Below, piece after piece: positions 1 through 13,039 of a stretch of DNA of 64,000 nt (its first letter is position 1; every line of letters begins with the position of its first letter). Source of the stretch: the human T2T-CHM13v2.0 reference genome, Homo sapiens; assembly GCF_009914755.1 (NCBI RefSeq), contig NC_060935.1. The stretch is one strand, 5' to 3'. The position numbers were made by a program, and so were the translations under genes. The notes under the pieces are model-generated. The model was not told where the DNA came from, made no database searches, and was given only the letters and a program-made list of their open reading frames with translations.

Positions 1-59
1 CTGCTCTGGGCTCTGGGGTCCCACATTGCTTCTGCTACTGGGCCACCAGACTGGGAAAC

Positions 60-480
60 TTGGTGGGGGTCGGGGTTAGAGGGGTGGTTGGACGAGGAGG
101 GCTGTGGGAATTCCCAGTCTGCACTGACAGGATCCGGAGGCCCAGCCCTGAAAGCCCCAGGAGCCCCGATGGCTCCAGGAAGATGGGTGCTGGGTGGATT
201 GGACCTGGACAGAGCCACTGAGGGCTGCAATTTGGCAGTCGCCCTGGCTTTATTGGCAGCAAGTCTGACGGGAGCTGAAGGCCTCCCTGCTGGGCCCTGC
301 GGCTGCCACGTGCCCGCCTCTCGGACGCCTTGCGAGGCTGGTCCCCTAGGGCGCCCGGGGGTGGACGGGAGAGCGGCGCGCATGCGCAGGATGCGCTTGG
401 GCGAGGAGTGGGGAGATCCCAGGCAAGACTGACACGGATGGGGCATGCAGGCGACAGGCCGGGGTCCACCTAGGCCTGGG
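60..480. promoter_or_regulatory. Small CpG-rich promoter/enhancer-like element
   Basis: Locally high GC and retained CpGs, mainly 300-440. Motifs read directly: NRF1 GCGCATGCGC 378-387, E-box CACGTG 307-312, CCAAT on minus strand (ATTGG 252-256), NF-kB palindrome GGGAATTCCC 106-115. Target gene not identifiable in the window. Confidence 0.6.
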
Positions 481-522
481 AGTGGTCGTGCTTTCTGTTC
501 TGTTTTTCAATTTTAATCAATG

Positions 523-810
523 GGCTGGGCGCGGTGGCTCACGCATGTAATCCAGCACTTTGGGAGGCTGAGGAGGGCGGATCGTTTGAACCCAGAAGTT
601 GGAGACCAGCCTGGGCAATATGGAGAGACTCCGTCCCTCCTAAAAATAAAATAAATTATCCGGAGTGGTGGCGTGTGCCTGTGGTCCCAGCTACTCGGGA
701 GGCTGAGGCAGGAGGATGGCTCGAACCCAGCAGTCAGAGGCTGCAGTGAACCACGACTGCACCAGTGTGCTCCAGCCAGGCCACCTTCTGAGACCTTGTC
801 TCAGAAAAAA
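523..810 (+). mobile_element. Alu, J-type
   Basis: GGCTGGGCGCGGTGGCTCAC start, dimeric structure, J-type diagnostics (GGAGGATGGCTCGAACCCAG, GAGGCTGCAGTGA), short A tail. Confidence 0.92.
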
Positions 811-1779
811 TATTAAATTTTCATCAGTAAAACTTGTCTGGGAAAACCTTTCCTAAAGCCTGTAAAGCTTTACATTACTATCCCCGTCCTCACCAGGAGC
901 CAACAAGGAATGTGTCGCTGCATTACAGAAGGGGAGCCCATGCAGGAGCAGCTCAAAGACTGCCCATGAGACTCCAGAGCTGGCGCTCTGCCCACTGTGG
1001 TGTAATAGCAGCTACTCTCTTGAAGGCTTAGGGCCAGCTAGTCCCAGGCCTTTGATGGCTGGGGCCAAAGGGGTGGGCAGGACTTGGCTTTTCACTTCCT
1101 TTAAAAGTCTGTCCACATTACCTGTGGGGCATCATGGAATAAAGGAAGAAAAGCATCCACCCTCTTTGTTTTCCCCTCCCTGGAGTGAAGCCGCCACCTG
1201 CTAAGTACAAGCCCACAATGAAACATGTCACTCCTGCTGGGGCTTACCTACCCAGGAAGCACACCCTGGGTCCATTTAAAAACACTGGAGATGGCCTGCT
1301 GTCCTGAGATGCACAGGGAAATGGGAGACACAACCAGACACCAATAACACACTGCAAGAGTGTGATGGCAAGTGTCCTCAGACCATCCTCTGGCCAGTAC
1401 AGCCAGAGCTCAGTCAGAAACCAAGAAACTGCCCGGGTAGGAGCTGAGTTTAACCCTGCAAGTCTTAATTTTGTGCAAGGACTGTACAATGAGCTGTAAC
1501 GGGTAGACACTGAGCAAGGCAGTTCAGCTTGTCTGATAGGACAGAAGCAGTACATATGGAACTACAGTATCTGGAGGGATAAGTATCTGGAAGTGGCAAG
1601 AAATGAACAGACTGGTGCTGTGGGGATGGGAGGAGGGAAACAGTCACCTTGGGCTGGAGAGTGAGCAATCAGGAAGGGCTTCACCGAAGAGGTGACCATC
1701 AACGTGCTATTTTGCATATAGATGGAGCTTTAGTTTACAACACTTTTGCATACATTATTTTGAGACACAGTGTTATGGT

Positions 1780-2735
1780 AGCAAATGTTGGCAAGGGCGA
1801 GAAAAAGTGCTAATCCACTGCTAGTGTTGAGAGTATAAATGAATTAAACTAATGTGGGAAGCAGTTTGACACTCATAATTCAAAATTCTAGGAATTTATG
1901 CTACGAACATACTGATACATACGGGCAGATATACAAGGACAAGATACCCACTATAACAAAGTTATTAGCAGCAAAAGACTGAAAACAACATAAGTGTTCA
2001 TCAGTAGGCATCAGTTAAAGAATTACAAGTTATCCAAGCAATGGAAACTGTGCAGCCACTACAAAGAATACGGTAACTATGCGTTGCTATGAAATGGAAT
2101 CTCCAAGATACCATGTTGAGTAAAAAATAAAACAAGGCAAAGAATGATGTGTATGGCTAACTTTCTTTTGAGTGACAATTGGCTGTGTATGTTTTTATAT
2201 TTGAACAGAAAATTTTCAGAAGGTGTATTAATCTGTTCTCACACTGCTATAAAGAAATACCTGAGACTAAGAAATTTGTAAAGAAAAGAGGTTAAATTGG
2301 CTCATGGTTCTGCAGGCTGTACAGGAAGCATAGCAGCTTCTGCTTCTGGGGAGGCCTCAGGAAACTTACAGACATGGTGGAAGGCGAAAGAGAAGCAGGC
2401 AGGTCTTACATGGCCAGAGCAGGAGGAAGGGGGCAGGGGAAAGTGCCACACATTTTAAAAACAACCAGATCTCCTGAGAACTATCACGAGAAAGGATGGT
2501 GCTAAACCGTTCATGAGAAGCCACCCCTGTGATCCAGTTACCTGCCATCAGGTCCCACCTCTAACACTGGGGATTACAATTTGACATCGGATTTGGGCAG
2601 GGACACAGATGCAAACCATATCAGAAGGATACATGAGAACCTGCTCACAGTGGTTGCTGCAGGAGAAGTAGATTGAGGGCTTGGAGTGGGAGGCAAACTG
2701 TTAAAACGTTTTACATAATTGTGAAATGTATCATA
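1780..2735 (+). mobile_element. Old L1 (L1MC/L1ME-type) 3' fragment, split by an MST LTR
   Basis: L1 ORF2-end/3'UTR-like motifs (AATGTTGGCAAGGG, CTAGGAATTTATGCTAC, GCAGCAAAAGACTGAAAACAAC); homology resumes after 2628. Confidence 0.7.
2224..2623 (-). mobile_element. MSTA-type MaLR solo LTR
   Basis: TGTATTA...CCATATCA termini, typical MST body, 5-bp TSD GAAGG (2219-2223 / 2624-2628). Confidence 0.92.
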
Positions 2736-3354
2736 TATCTAGAAGAGTGTATAAAACATATGTACCATCTGAAAAGTAATTATAAGCCATACCAGACAAT
2801 GTATATAGTATAATAAATTCTTGTACTCTGAATTTTATAGTCCGCATATAGTAATTTGTTACTTTTCCTACTGAAAAGAGTCTCTGTGAGGTAGACAAGG
2901 ACATTCCTTCCTCTCCCATTTCCTAAGTGGACGGTAGGGCCGAGAGCTCAGTGGGAGGGCCTGTGGGGTATCCAGGGACAACAGCGGGTGACTGCAGCAT
3001 GAAATCAGAGAGGAGGAGGGGCAGGAGATGGGAAAGCCGGGCTCCCTGCCGAGCACAGGATGGCCAGGCTCAGCCTGGAGTTTGTTTGTTAGTTTCAGAG
3101 GACGTGTTAAATGTTTTGGGGAGTGACGTGATCAAAGTCTTACAAAGAGGAAGTGAAATCAAATGCTGTGATGGTCAGCAAGGCCATAGCCGAGCAGACT
3201 AGCCTGGGGGTTGGAGAGGGGGAGAGAGGCTTGTCTTCCTTTCTGCTCTGCTCATCGTGGAGAATAATGAGAATGGGGCTCACTGATGGGCACTCACGTG
3301 CTGTGACCATGTTGATGGCATTGTGTCCGTCAATTCTCACGATGACACTGACTC

Positions 3355-3435
3355 ACAGATGTTACATCCCCATTTTCCAGGCGAGGAAGTAGAATCTGAG
3401 TGAGAGCAACCAGCTAAAGGCCATGTAGCTGGAAC
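3355..3435 (-). mobile_element. MIR fragment
   Basis: ATCCCCATTTTCCAGGCGAGGAAG matches the reverse MIR core. Confidence 0.55.
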
Positions 3436-5204
3436 GCGGCGCAGATGGGGTGTGCCTCCATAGCAGCCGTTTGTAAAGCCAGTGCTCTTGCTGGGAATCT
3501 GCGCGTCTCCCCACAATTGTTGGCTGTCGGGAGGACTTTCCCACATGCATCTTGCTTTGGGGCTTGATGTTTCTCCCACCATCCTGTGACGTTGGCCATG
3601 CCACTGCGACAAATGTGCAGTGGATGCCAAGGTACGCAGCGTGACATTGGGAGGCACTTGGCTCCTCTCGCTGCGGTCACCTGTCTCCCATCAATCATGG
3701 AGGCCTTCGGTGTGCACGAGAGTAACGCAGGGCAGTGGGCCACAATTTGAGAGGGAAGTCTCCCTGAGCTCAGCCTCTGGGGAAGGAAACTGCCCGTGTG
3801 CTTGCTCTGCTGCTCTGGGAATGGTGCTGGGCAGGCCCCTGTGCTCATCGCCTGGCTTTGCTGGGTATTCATACACAGCAGGCAGCTTCTGAGGAGAAGA
3901 AGGGGTTAATGGCCTTGCTCAGGCTCCTGCCCCCACACCCCAGAAACACACCAGTTATATTTTTCAATCTTGCACACCCCATAAATGAGCACCATTTCCT
4001 GGTGTCTGACACGATGGAGTGACTCTATGGGAAGATTTGGCCAGGATCCTGCAAAACTAAAGAAATACCAGAATCTGCAATATGGCCTGGCTCTGACCTG
4101 ACCCCTGGGCCTGCCCTCTTCTGTAAACAGGCATGAGGGGTGCTGGAGGGTGCTAGAGTCAGTGCAGAGGGTGAGGAGCGTGGCTGCTTCTAGGGTTCTG
4201 GTCTAGTCATGTACTGGCCACAATGACAGTTGGGTTTGCACAGGGGGCGTTGTTTGTTACGGTGAATCCGCAGGTTAAAATTGAGGCCTGCTGTGTTGCC
4301 TTCCCTTTCTGGGAATTTGGTGGGAAGCACCAATGTAATAATCCTGATTTATATTTCTAGCCAAACCCCAAACCCAGCTCCAGTCCTTGACAAAAGTAAT
4401 TCTCCTTTGGACAGTAACGTGCAGGAACCATGCCAGTTTAGCCTATTCTGTACATTCTTCCCCTTGACAGGCCAGAGCTCAATGAATATTTCACCTTCAC
4501 AGTCTTGGCCACAGTCGGGGGTTTGCGAAGCTGTCTAAATCTGGTTTATCAGCAGGAATAAATGCCCTCAGACTTAAAAAGTGGGAAGCAGAACTTGGCT
4601 CTGTTGGGCTGGTGATTTACGAAGGAACACCGAGCTGGGAGTGGAGGAGCAGTGAGGGGAGGGAGGGCAAGCAGGAGTCTGTGGGATTCCACTCACAACC
4701 TATAAAAGCAGCAACATGTACTCTAAAGAGAGATCATATTCCAAGATACATTTCCTCCCATGAAGGATAAGGCATCTGGCATCCATCACTTGTCAGGGAC
4801 AGAGGAACTGGAGGGACCCTGGCTGCCTTTGGGGTACGTGGCAGGTGTGGGGATAGGCCCCGATCAAGCCCAGGGCTACCTCTGCAGGAGTCATGGCCTT
4901 GAAGTGGCACCTCCTTCCCCTTTGCTGTCCACAGGGCCCGCCATGCTTGGCTTCCCACAGCCCTGAGGCCTTGCCCTTCCGCCATCTGGCAGCTCCTGAA
5001 GGCCCGTTCCCTCCGTGAATCATCTCAGGCCAGCCTGCGTGGGATATCCTCTCCCTCCACGATTACTGCTTCAGAGCCTTAAGTGGCCTAATCAAACCAA
5101 TCATTTTCCTATTTGCACATTTAGTCTTTTGTTCTGTCTGTGCCACCTGCAAGGTCACGCCCTACTTCCCTGCAGATAGAATCTCAAAGAATGAGCCCTG
5201 TGTT

Positions 5205-5415
5205 TGGGACCTTGGGACCAGGATCAGGCTGCCTACGCTGACATCTCAGCTCTGCCAATTAAGAGTTGTATGATTTGGGTAAGTTTTTTTCTTGCACCTG
5301 TTTTCTCACCTGTAATGTGGGGACAATAGCACACTTACACTCCCTGGATTGTTGGGAGGATGAAATGGAGCAATAACTTAGCCCAGCACCTCCCACATGG
5401 TTATTGTTAGTTATG
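5205..5415 (+). mobile_element. MIR
   Basis: CTCAGCTCTGCCA...TTCTCACCTGTAATGTGGGGACAATAG core. Confidence 0.75.
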
Positions 5416-5604
5416 TGGAGACTCAGGATGATGGTGGTGATGATAAGACGGGCAGGGCGTCACAGTCATTGAAAAATACTGTGAGCAGGTGACTGCTTTA
5501 AACAGCTAAGGCTCTGTGTAGTTTCCACAACTTGGCTGGCTTTTGCTTTTTTATATAGTTTTATGATAATCGGCACCAGAGTCTCTTCTCAGCTCCTCCG
5601 TGGA

Positions 5605-5770
5605 CACAGTGCAGTGCAAATATCATGAGCTTTGGAGTCACACAGGCCTGGAGCTGAACCATAATCATGAATAATTCACTTAATTTCATTGGGCCTGTTT
5701 CCTCATCTATAAAATGGGGATAATAGTAGCTACTTCGCATGATGGTGGGGCCGATTAAACGAGGCGTTGC
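5605..5770 (+). mobile_element. MIR
   Basis: GCTTTGGAGTCACACAGGCCTGG...GTTTCCTCATCTATAAAATGGGGATAATAG. Confidence 0.8.
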
Positions 5771-6344
5771 GTATAGCTTGTTGAATATAGTGGTAATGTA
5801 ATGAGTACCCCGATACTGATTTCATTCCTCCACCCTTGCCCCATAAGGCTCTAGGCGCCATTTATTTTTTGAGATCTCTTTGACACCTGCCTCTTCCATA
5901 AATGTTTCCCCATATGAACCCACTGATGAGATACTTTGTCACGTGTTGTTGTGTTGTTTGTCTTTGATTATTTCATGCATACCAAATTTGTCATCCAAGG
6001 TAGATTATAAGCTTTTAAAGGCAATGTTGTCTTAAATGTCCTTTTTCCCCCTTATAATAAAAACATGCTTCTGGGCACTTCAGCGCATCATAAACAGTTG
6101 AGGTGACTTGACTTTCACTTTAGGAGGAGCCAGCTGCTGAAACAGGTAAATTGGGAGACTTACGGCGCCAACTCTCTCTAAGGCTGAATTTCTTCTCTCT
6201 CTCCCCCTTTCTCTTTCAATCACTCTCATTCTCTCAGCTCTTAGGATCAACTGCAATTCCAAGAGACTTATGAGAGAGAAGAATGTTTGGTTTTTCTAAA
6301 AAGAGGAAAGAGAAAATTGAGAGTGGAGAGGGAGGGACATGGGA

Positions 6345-6490
6345 TATTCATGCATTCTGTTTTTTTCATCTAACAAATATGTGTGTGATTATTGTTTGCC
6401 AAGCACTGTGTTAGGCTCTGAGGGGGAAAGAAGGTTATGAAGAGGAGAGGATAAGTTCCTGTCCTTAATAAATTTATAGCCTTGGGTCAC
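6345..6490 (-). mobile_element. L2 3' fragment
   Basis: AACAAATATG...GCCAAGCACTGTGTTAGGCTCTG...GTTCCTGTCCT, reverse L2 tail. Confidence 0.6.
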
Positions 6491-7159
6491 TGAGTTGGAG
6501 CTTCCAGGTCTAGTTGACCTGCCAGGCTGGAATTCCATTGCTTTGGTTTCTCAAGTAATGAAGTCAATCCCCTTGGATTCATGGAGTTTGTCCAGAAAAA
6601 GTTGATGTGATTTGCTTCTCGCAGGAATGAGGACTCTTTGAAGGTGGTGTTTCTGTTTAATACAGGTCTGTGGGTCTTGTTCCTAGCATGTGACCTGGCA
6701 AAGAGCATATCCAGTGAGTGTTGAGTGAACAAAGGAGAAGTGGAAGAGACTGCAATGAGGAGAGAACTCCCTGGCTGCAGGCGGCTTTCTCGCAGCCCCA
6801 GGTGGAAGCTCTTCTACTGCACCAGCCCTGTGGTTATGTCAGATGGACTCAGGCCTCCAGAGTGTGGCTCCATAAACAACAGGAAAAAAACCAAAGCTTT
6901 CTGACCAGTCTGCTGTGTTTGGATTGGTGGGAGGTTCCCAGTTGGAGTCAGTGCCTCAGACATGAGTATCAGAGTCCTTCCATATGAGTGAGAGGAAGGC
7001 TTCTTGGCTCAGTCCCCAACTTTGGTGTGGAGTATATGGGCCTGGGGGTGTGACTCCGGGGGTGAGGTGGGGGCAATGCAGAGGGGTAGGCTGTGTTTGG
7101 AGCTTCTCAGGTCCTTCTCAGTTCCTCCCATTGGCCCAGGCATCCTCGCTTGTCCCCAT

Positions 7160-7320
7160 GTGGTCTGGGGTCAGGACAGCAAGTTCTAATCCAGGCCCTG
7201 CTGCTTGCCAGCTGGGTAACCCCAGGCAACTCATTTCACCAACCTGGGCTTCAATGTCCTCATTGTAAAATGACAGGGTAGATTAGGCAATCCCTAAGGT
7301 GTCTCCTCGCAGTTTTATGA
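7160..7320 (+). mobile_element. MIR3-like
   Basis: GTTCTAATCCAGGCCCTG...CCTCATTGTAAAATGA...GATTAGGCAATCCCTAAGG. Confidence 0.65.
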
Positions 7321-7584
7321 AATTATTTTTGTTACCCTGTAGCTGCAGATCCTGGCAAGGAAGCACTGACATTTTTGACATATGTTGAGATGGTTGAGGA
7401 AGACGGAGGGGTATCGAGAAACAGGGATATGAGATGTACCCTGAAACGGAACCTGGGACTCCTTTTCCCTGGTCTTTTGCACTCATCACTACCCTACCCT
7501 CTTTTTATCTGTCCTTTACCCCACCCCCAAAAGATGATCCTTCTGGGAGATGACAGCGTGCAATGGGGGAAACGCAGAACATCC

Positions 7585-7715
7585 CAGCATCTCTCGGCCT
7601 CCGTTTCTCATCTGCACAGGGAGGCTAATGCCACCTCCCTTACTTGGAGGTTGTGAGGATGAAGTGAAGTCATCTATATGCTGTACCTTGTAAACTGTCA
7701 AACACCACATAAACG
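7585..7715 (+). mobile_element. MIR
   Basis: CCTCCGTTTCTCATCTGCACAGGG...GGTTGTGAGGATGAAGTGA. Confidence 0.65.
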
Positions 7716-10700
7716 CAAGGCATAAAGCTGGCTTGGATGGGAAAACTATTATAACATGTCAGGTAGCCCCTTCTTACGTGAAGATGTTTCAGTACAAGGG
7801 ATGTTTCTTTTGTCATTTGTCAATGGCCTGTCCTGTTGGGTTTTGCCTGCCTTTTGGAGGGAGAAACACTGCTGTCCAACACTTCATTTCTTTGGATGCT
7901 TTTCCACTAGAGCAGAAAGAAAAGCATTTTCCATATGATTTGGTTTATCTCAGTACGCCTGTGCAGCAGCATCTCTAGGTCTTAAGATGACAAGGATTTG
8001 CTCTCCATCTCTGGAGCAGAGAGGACCAGGGAGGCTGCGTTGGGAGCGATGCCAGGAAGTGGTGGTTGGTGTGTCATTTTCTTTCATGGCCATATTAGAG
8101 TTGGGTCCAGGGGAAAGGGCACTGAACAGGACTGGAGTTACTTCAAATCGTTCTGGTTTTTGATTTCCACATATTAGTTGAAAGTTTGACAAGATCTCAG
8201 ATAACATCTAGCTCAGCTGCTCTCTTAGGCCTGAGAGTTAGGGCCTAGCTGAAGCCATCTAGCTCATTTAGAAAGGAACAGGAACTAGAATCTGGTCTCT
8301 GGACTTGGTTTTAGTGCTCTTTCTGGAATACCACAAGCATCCCTGTTCTTCCTCCTTCTTCCCACATATTCCCCATCACTCCCCACACCTCCCTTCACCT
8401 CTGCTCTTTGCTTCCCTTTCCTGAGCCCTTTTGGTGTAACTCTCAGGATGGAAAAGCTTTCTGAGTTTCTGGGGCAGGCTTACTGTTTCATAGGGTGGAG
8501 TGACCTTCCCAAAGCAGCTTGGCCATGTTCTCCGGATGTCAGGAAGCAGCCTGGGCACCAGCTCACTGCATGGGCCTCTTCTCAGATCCAGATGCAAGAG
8601 TCAGAGACTCCACCCATGGGCCCCATGCCTAAGGGGTCAGAGACATAACTTGTGAAGTGGGTTCTGTGGTGGCTGGGGCCCACTGTCCCCTCCCCGTCCC
8701 TTGCTGATGTGGAAGGACCAGTGTGTGCTGACCTATGGTGTTCCTTCCTGATCCAATCCTTCTAACCCCTGCCCCCTTACCTCCCACTGGGGCATTCCAA
8801 AGCCACGAAGCATCCACTTGGCAGCCCTCTCCAGCGTCACCCAGATATCGCTGGCCTGTGTTCAAGTGCCCATCTAAGCCCAACACGGGGTTGCCTGGTC
8901 TAGGGGAACTCACCCTGGGGAGATGTCACCCTCTGGCAACAGCTGACTCTATTTATTCAGATGAGAACAATTTTCTCTCCTTTTGCACTTTCAACAAGCT
9001 TGACTTGAGGCTCCCCCATTGCTAGGCTGCCAAAAGCAATAAAAGGCTGAGGAGGAGGTGGAGGGAGGGTGGGGGTAGACGCTCCACGGTAATTGAGCTG
9101 TCAGCTGAGCCCTGGGGCTTCCTGGATCTGGGGTGTCTCACAGCCCACATGGGCTTGTTTGCAGCAATAGGGAAGGGAGCCGTTTGACTTCATAATCACT
9201 CAGAGAGATAGCGGTGCTCAGGGCAGGTGGGGTGGGCCTGGGTGGAAGGCGCTGCTAACCAGACTCCCATGTTGTCGGCTTCCTTCTGGTCTGGGCTGGA
9301 GCTGCCTCAATAGTTTGAACAGGAAACCGAACTGTCACATGGAGGTGGTGGGTGGGGATCATTGTGGGGTAGAGGGCCTCAATGCTGTGTGCTCTGTGAT
9401 GTGCCAAAATGAGTAAGTCAGGAGACGATGTCCAGGTACACCCCAAATCTGAGGGCCCAAAGAGCAGCTTGGCTCTCGCCAGAGCATCCCTGTTTGTTTT
9501 TCAGTTTTGCTGGCTTTTTGCTGTTCTACAGTAGTGACTCTTGTGGGATTATTGGGCTATTAGTTCCCCGGGAGGAGGGTCCTGGAGTATCATTTCTGCC
9601 AGCCTGCCACCGTCCGGGTGTCTTGGGTGAGAAGACAGGTATGCACTCTGGGCTGCTCTGAGTGGACCTGGCTGCCCTGGGGCTGCAAAGCTGGGCCCCT
9701 TTCACCCGGGGACTTGGATGGCTTGGGATGCTATCAAGAGTGGGATGCAGAGGAAGGCAGTGAGCAGCTTCCTTAAGGGAGGGTCACAAGGACCCACATC
9801 ACTATCATTTGGAAACAGTTTATTGTCCCAGTTTGGCATTCAGCTGCTCTGCTTGCCTTCCCCTTCACACTCATTCTCTTGTCCTTCCCCAGTCCTCGCT
9901 CAGATCCAGCATCCCCCACACCTGGCACCACAGGGGCCTTTGCTCACACTGCCCCCTCTGCCATGATGGCCCTTTCCTCGTGTCCAACCACACCCATGGA
10001 TCACACTCTACTTCCTCCCTAATTCCTTCCTGAAACTCCTCTGAGACCTCTCTGGCTTCCCTGTCCTTTCCTCATCCCTCACTTACAGCACCAAGACCCC
10101 TCTGTCTCCTGTCAGTGGCTCAGGAATGGCCCTGCGTCTCCCGCTAGATTGAGCTTCCTGAAGGAGAGATTCTCGCTCTCTCACGCTGTGCCTCCTTCAC
10201 ACGCCTAGCACAGGCCCTGTGAGCAGGTGTGCAGCAATTCCCTGTGTGGGTGAGACATCCCGCAAGCAAGCATTAACATTTGCACATTTGCATAGTGCAT
10301 GATAAAGATGGAGCTCCTGCTCTCGGTAGCTCTTCATTTGGAACAGAGGGCTCTGATGGGGGCCAATGAATAAATGAAAAGGCCCTATGTATGGGTATGC
10401 CTTAAACCCGGTTTGTGGTTGTTGGAGCAGGCTTTCTACCAATGCTCCTGGGGCTCAGTGATAGTTCTGGATCACCCATATTGTCTTGTCAGTCTCACCT
10501 GCAAATTTCTAGTTTGAAAGTCTTGGGAAGCCTGCACTAGACACCTCTGTGCTAATCCTAGAGGGGAACCAGCTTAAGAAATAAGCCACCACCTTTGATG
10601 GGACCTAAGTCCCTAGGTCACTGTCCAGCAGCACCACTTGATTCCTAGCTCTGGCCCCAGGGGTTGATCTCAAAATAAATTTCAAATCATAGTTGATGGG

Positions 10701-11746
10701 AAAAAAAAGAAGATTGAGATGAAATTAAAAATAAATGGGAATAGCATACGGAAGTATAGGGAGGGCAGAGCTGGGGCCGGGGCCCCTGGGTGCTTAAAGG
10801 AGAAAGATGTTCTTCCCATGAGAAAAATCATCTAAGAGCATCAAATAAGCCTCTTGTGAGGGATAGAGACTCCTCTGTCCCCAGACTCCTCCCACTGAGA
10901 AAGTGGGTGGCTCTAGACTTGTGCTGGCTCCTGATGTAGGGCTCATGGGCGGGGCTCAGACTCAGGGCTAGTGAAGGAGGCTGAGAACAACCGGGACGTC
11001 ATCTCAGAACATCTTTCGCAACTGGATTTAGAGATTAATTGAGGTAAAGGGAAGAGATGCAAATACTTCTCCTCCTCCTTCTATCGTCTCTACCCTCATC
11101 AGCTTCCAAGCTTGGGAAAAAAGTGATTTCTAACCATCTCTCTTCCTTGTCCAAGGCTCTTTGGAGAAAATAAGACACACAGGGTCAGAGGGAGGGTAGC
11201 CCAGCCAGGCGGGTGTCCCAGCAGAGACTGGGCAGGAGCCTGGCAGGCACACCCTGTCCAAGGCAGCCTGTGCTAGCCCAGGAGTGGGAGGCGATAGGAA
11301 TGGGGGTGCTGTGTGCTGCCCTGGGCTCAGGGTGACACCCCTTTCCCTGAAAAAAACGTGTTATGTTATTTGACCTGAGGGAACACCCTTTAAGAGACTC
11401 CTGAGACCCAAACAAAGTCCTTTATCTGCAAACCAGAGACCTTCTTTGGGTACCCGCCAGCAACAGAGATCTGAGCTGGCTAGAGAGAGGGTGGCGGAAG
11501 CCCAGTGCCCGTCTTCCTTGAGTCCCAGATGGGAGCTGAGGCTTCTAGGTAGGGGTCAAGAGGCTTGGATTTGCCATGACCCCATGTGGCTTTTGACTGC
11601 AGAGCTCAGAGACGGCAGCCCACTGCCAGGAAGAACTCTCTTCCAAGTTCGGGCTGGCTCAGGGCCCCGAGGACTCTGTCCAGGGAGCCATGGCCTGTGG
11701 ACCACAGAAATGGTCAGATGCTGTGGTGCGTGTGCTGTTGAATCAG

Positions 11747-11809
11747 AAGCATTGCCAGCATGAAGAATTTTCAAAGCATGCCAAAGCATTGCCAGCATGA
11801 AGAATTTTC
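11747..11809 (+). repeat. 26-bp direct repeat x2 with a partial-copy spacer
   Basis: AAGCATTGCCAGCATGAAGAATTTTC at 11747-11772 and 11784-11809; spacer AAAGCATGCCA. Confidence 0.95.
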
Positions 11810-13039
11810 TCCACTGTACAAGTCCCCCTTGAATTTTGTCTTGACCCTGCCCGCATTTTCTTAGTCACTGACATTTATTTTTCATCTCTCTGGGCTCAGA
11901 AAATCAACTCTCTTAGGCCCACTTGGTGTTTGAAGTGGGACAGGATTTCCAGGACGCCTGCAATTCAGAGGTCAGTAGAGGAATGAAGGAGTAGAATCTG
12001 AGCCTGAACCCCCCAAAATTCAAGGGGGACTTTGTTACCTTTTTGTAGTCGGACAGACATTGAAGAAATGCTTTTATGTCCTGGGTTTTCCAATTGCTAT
12101 GACATGCAAACTCTTCTTAATGAAAATTTTTTGAGTGTGGGTTTACTTCAGGCCCTGGATCCTTTGCCTGGATTTCTTTAGATTGGCTTCGGAGACTAAA
12201 GCACGGGGGAGTTACTGCTATTATTTTCCTAAACCCATCACAGACAGGGGCATGTTTCCTGACCTCAGAGAGAAGTAAAGAGATCCTTTCTGTTTTTTGA
12301 AACCCCTTCTGTTCCCTAAGGGAATGAGACTGGCTGCCATCTCCAAGATTGCACGTATGCAGCAAGAGAGACAGGTGGGCCTGATTTCTGCAGGGCTCCA
12401 AAAGGCCAAACTGGGACTGACAGAAAGATCCAGGGCTGGCCGGGGTGAAGGGCTGTTAACTGGCTCTGGAACTAGGCTAGGTAGAATCCCTTGAGATCTT
12501 CCAGAGGGTATGCTGTCCCCAAATTCCATCTTTTTCCTTCATCTTGGAGGGTCTGGCTTGGCACCCCTGAACAGCTTTCTAGGATTGAAATTTCTGCTTC
12601 CTTTTTTGCCCTTCTCCTCCAACCTTTGAACCTTGTTTCTACTCCATGACCCACTGAGCTCTCTGGGTTTTCCATTTTAAAAACAAGGCCCTTATATTAA
12701 GAATGAAAACCAGAACCTCTTCTGGTTGTCACATGTGCTTCCAGAAATAGTGCCCCAATACTATTTAAGACCCTGAAGTCAGAATTTCCAAGGAAGCATC
12801 TGGGGTGGTCTCCAGGGGGTGAGGTGCCCTGCAGTGGCCTGGGAGATAGCTCTGCCCCACCTTTGGGACCACATGCTCCTTGGGAAGCTTGGACTGTCTC
12901 TTTCTCTGGGTCCCATCTGGCTAGTTTGTCAGCTGAGCAGCCCCTGGAGGATGCAAAGAAAGATTTGGCCCTTAACCGAACCAGGGATCAGCCTCCGCTG
13001 CTGAGTGCTAAGAGATTTAAGGATCTGGTGTATCCCAGA

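Noticed and set aside
35-469. ORFs 35-469 (-) and 88-432 (+) as protein-coding genes
   Set aside because: Non-ATG starts, low-complexity Pro/Gly/Ala content expected from GC-rich DNA, no recognisable domain.
3414-3872. 152-aa minus-strand ORF
   Set aside because: No recognisable homology or exon structure; overlaps a MIR remnant.
4701-4708. TATAAAAG as a core promoter
   Set aside because: Isolated motif with no supporting downstream gene structure.
10428-10534. Possible hAT-Charlie MITE (CAGGCTTTC...GGAAGCCTG)
   Set aside because: Short imperfect TIR, no matching TSD, family not recognisable.
11747-11809. CRISPR-like repeat-spacer
   Set aside because: Eukaryotic DNA, only two units, spacer is a partial copy, no cas genes.
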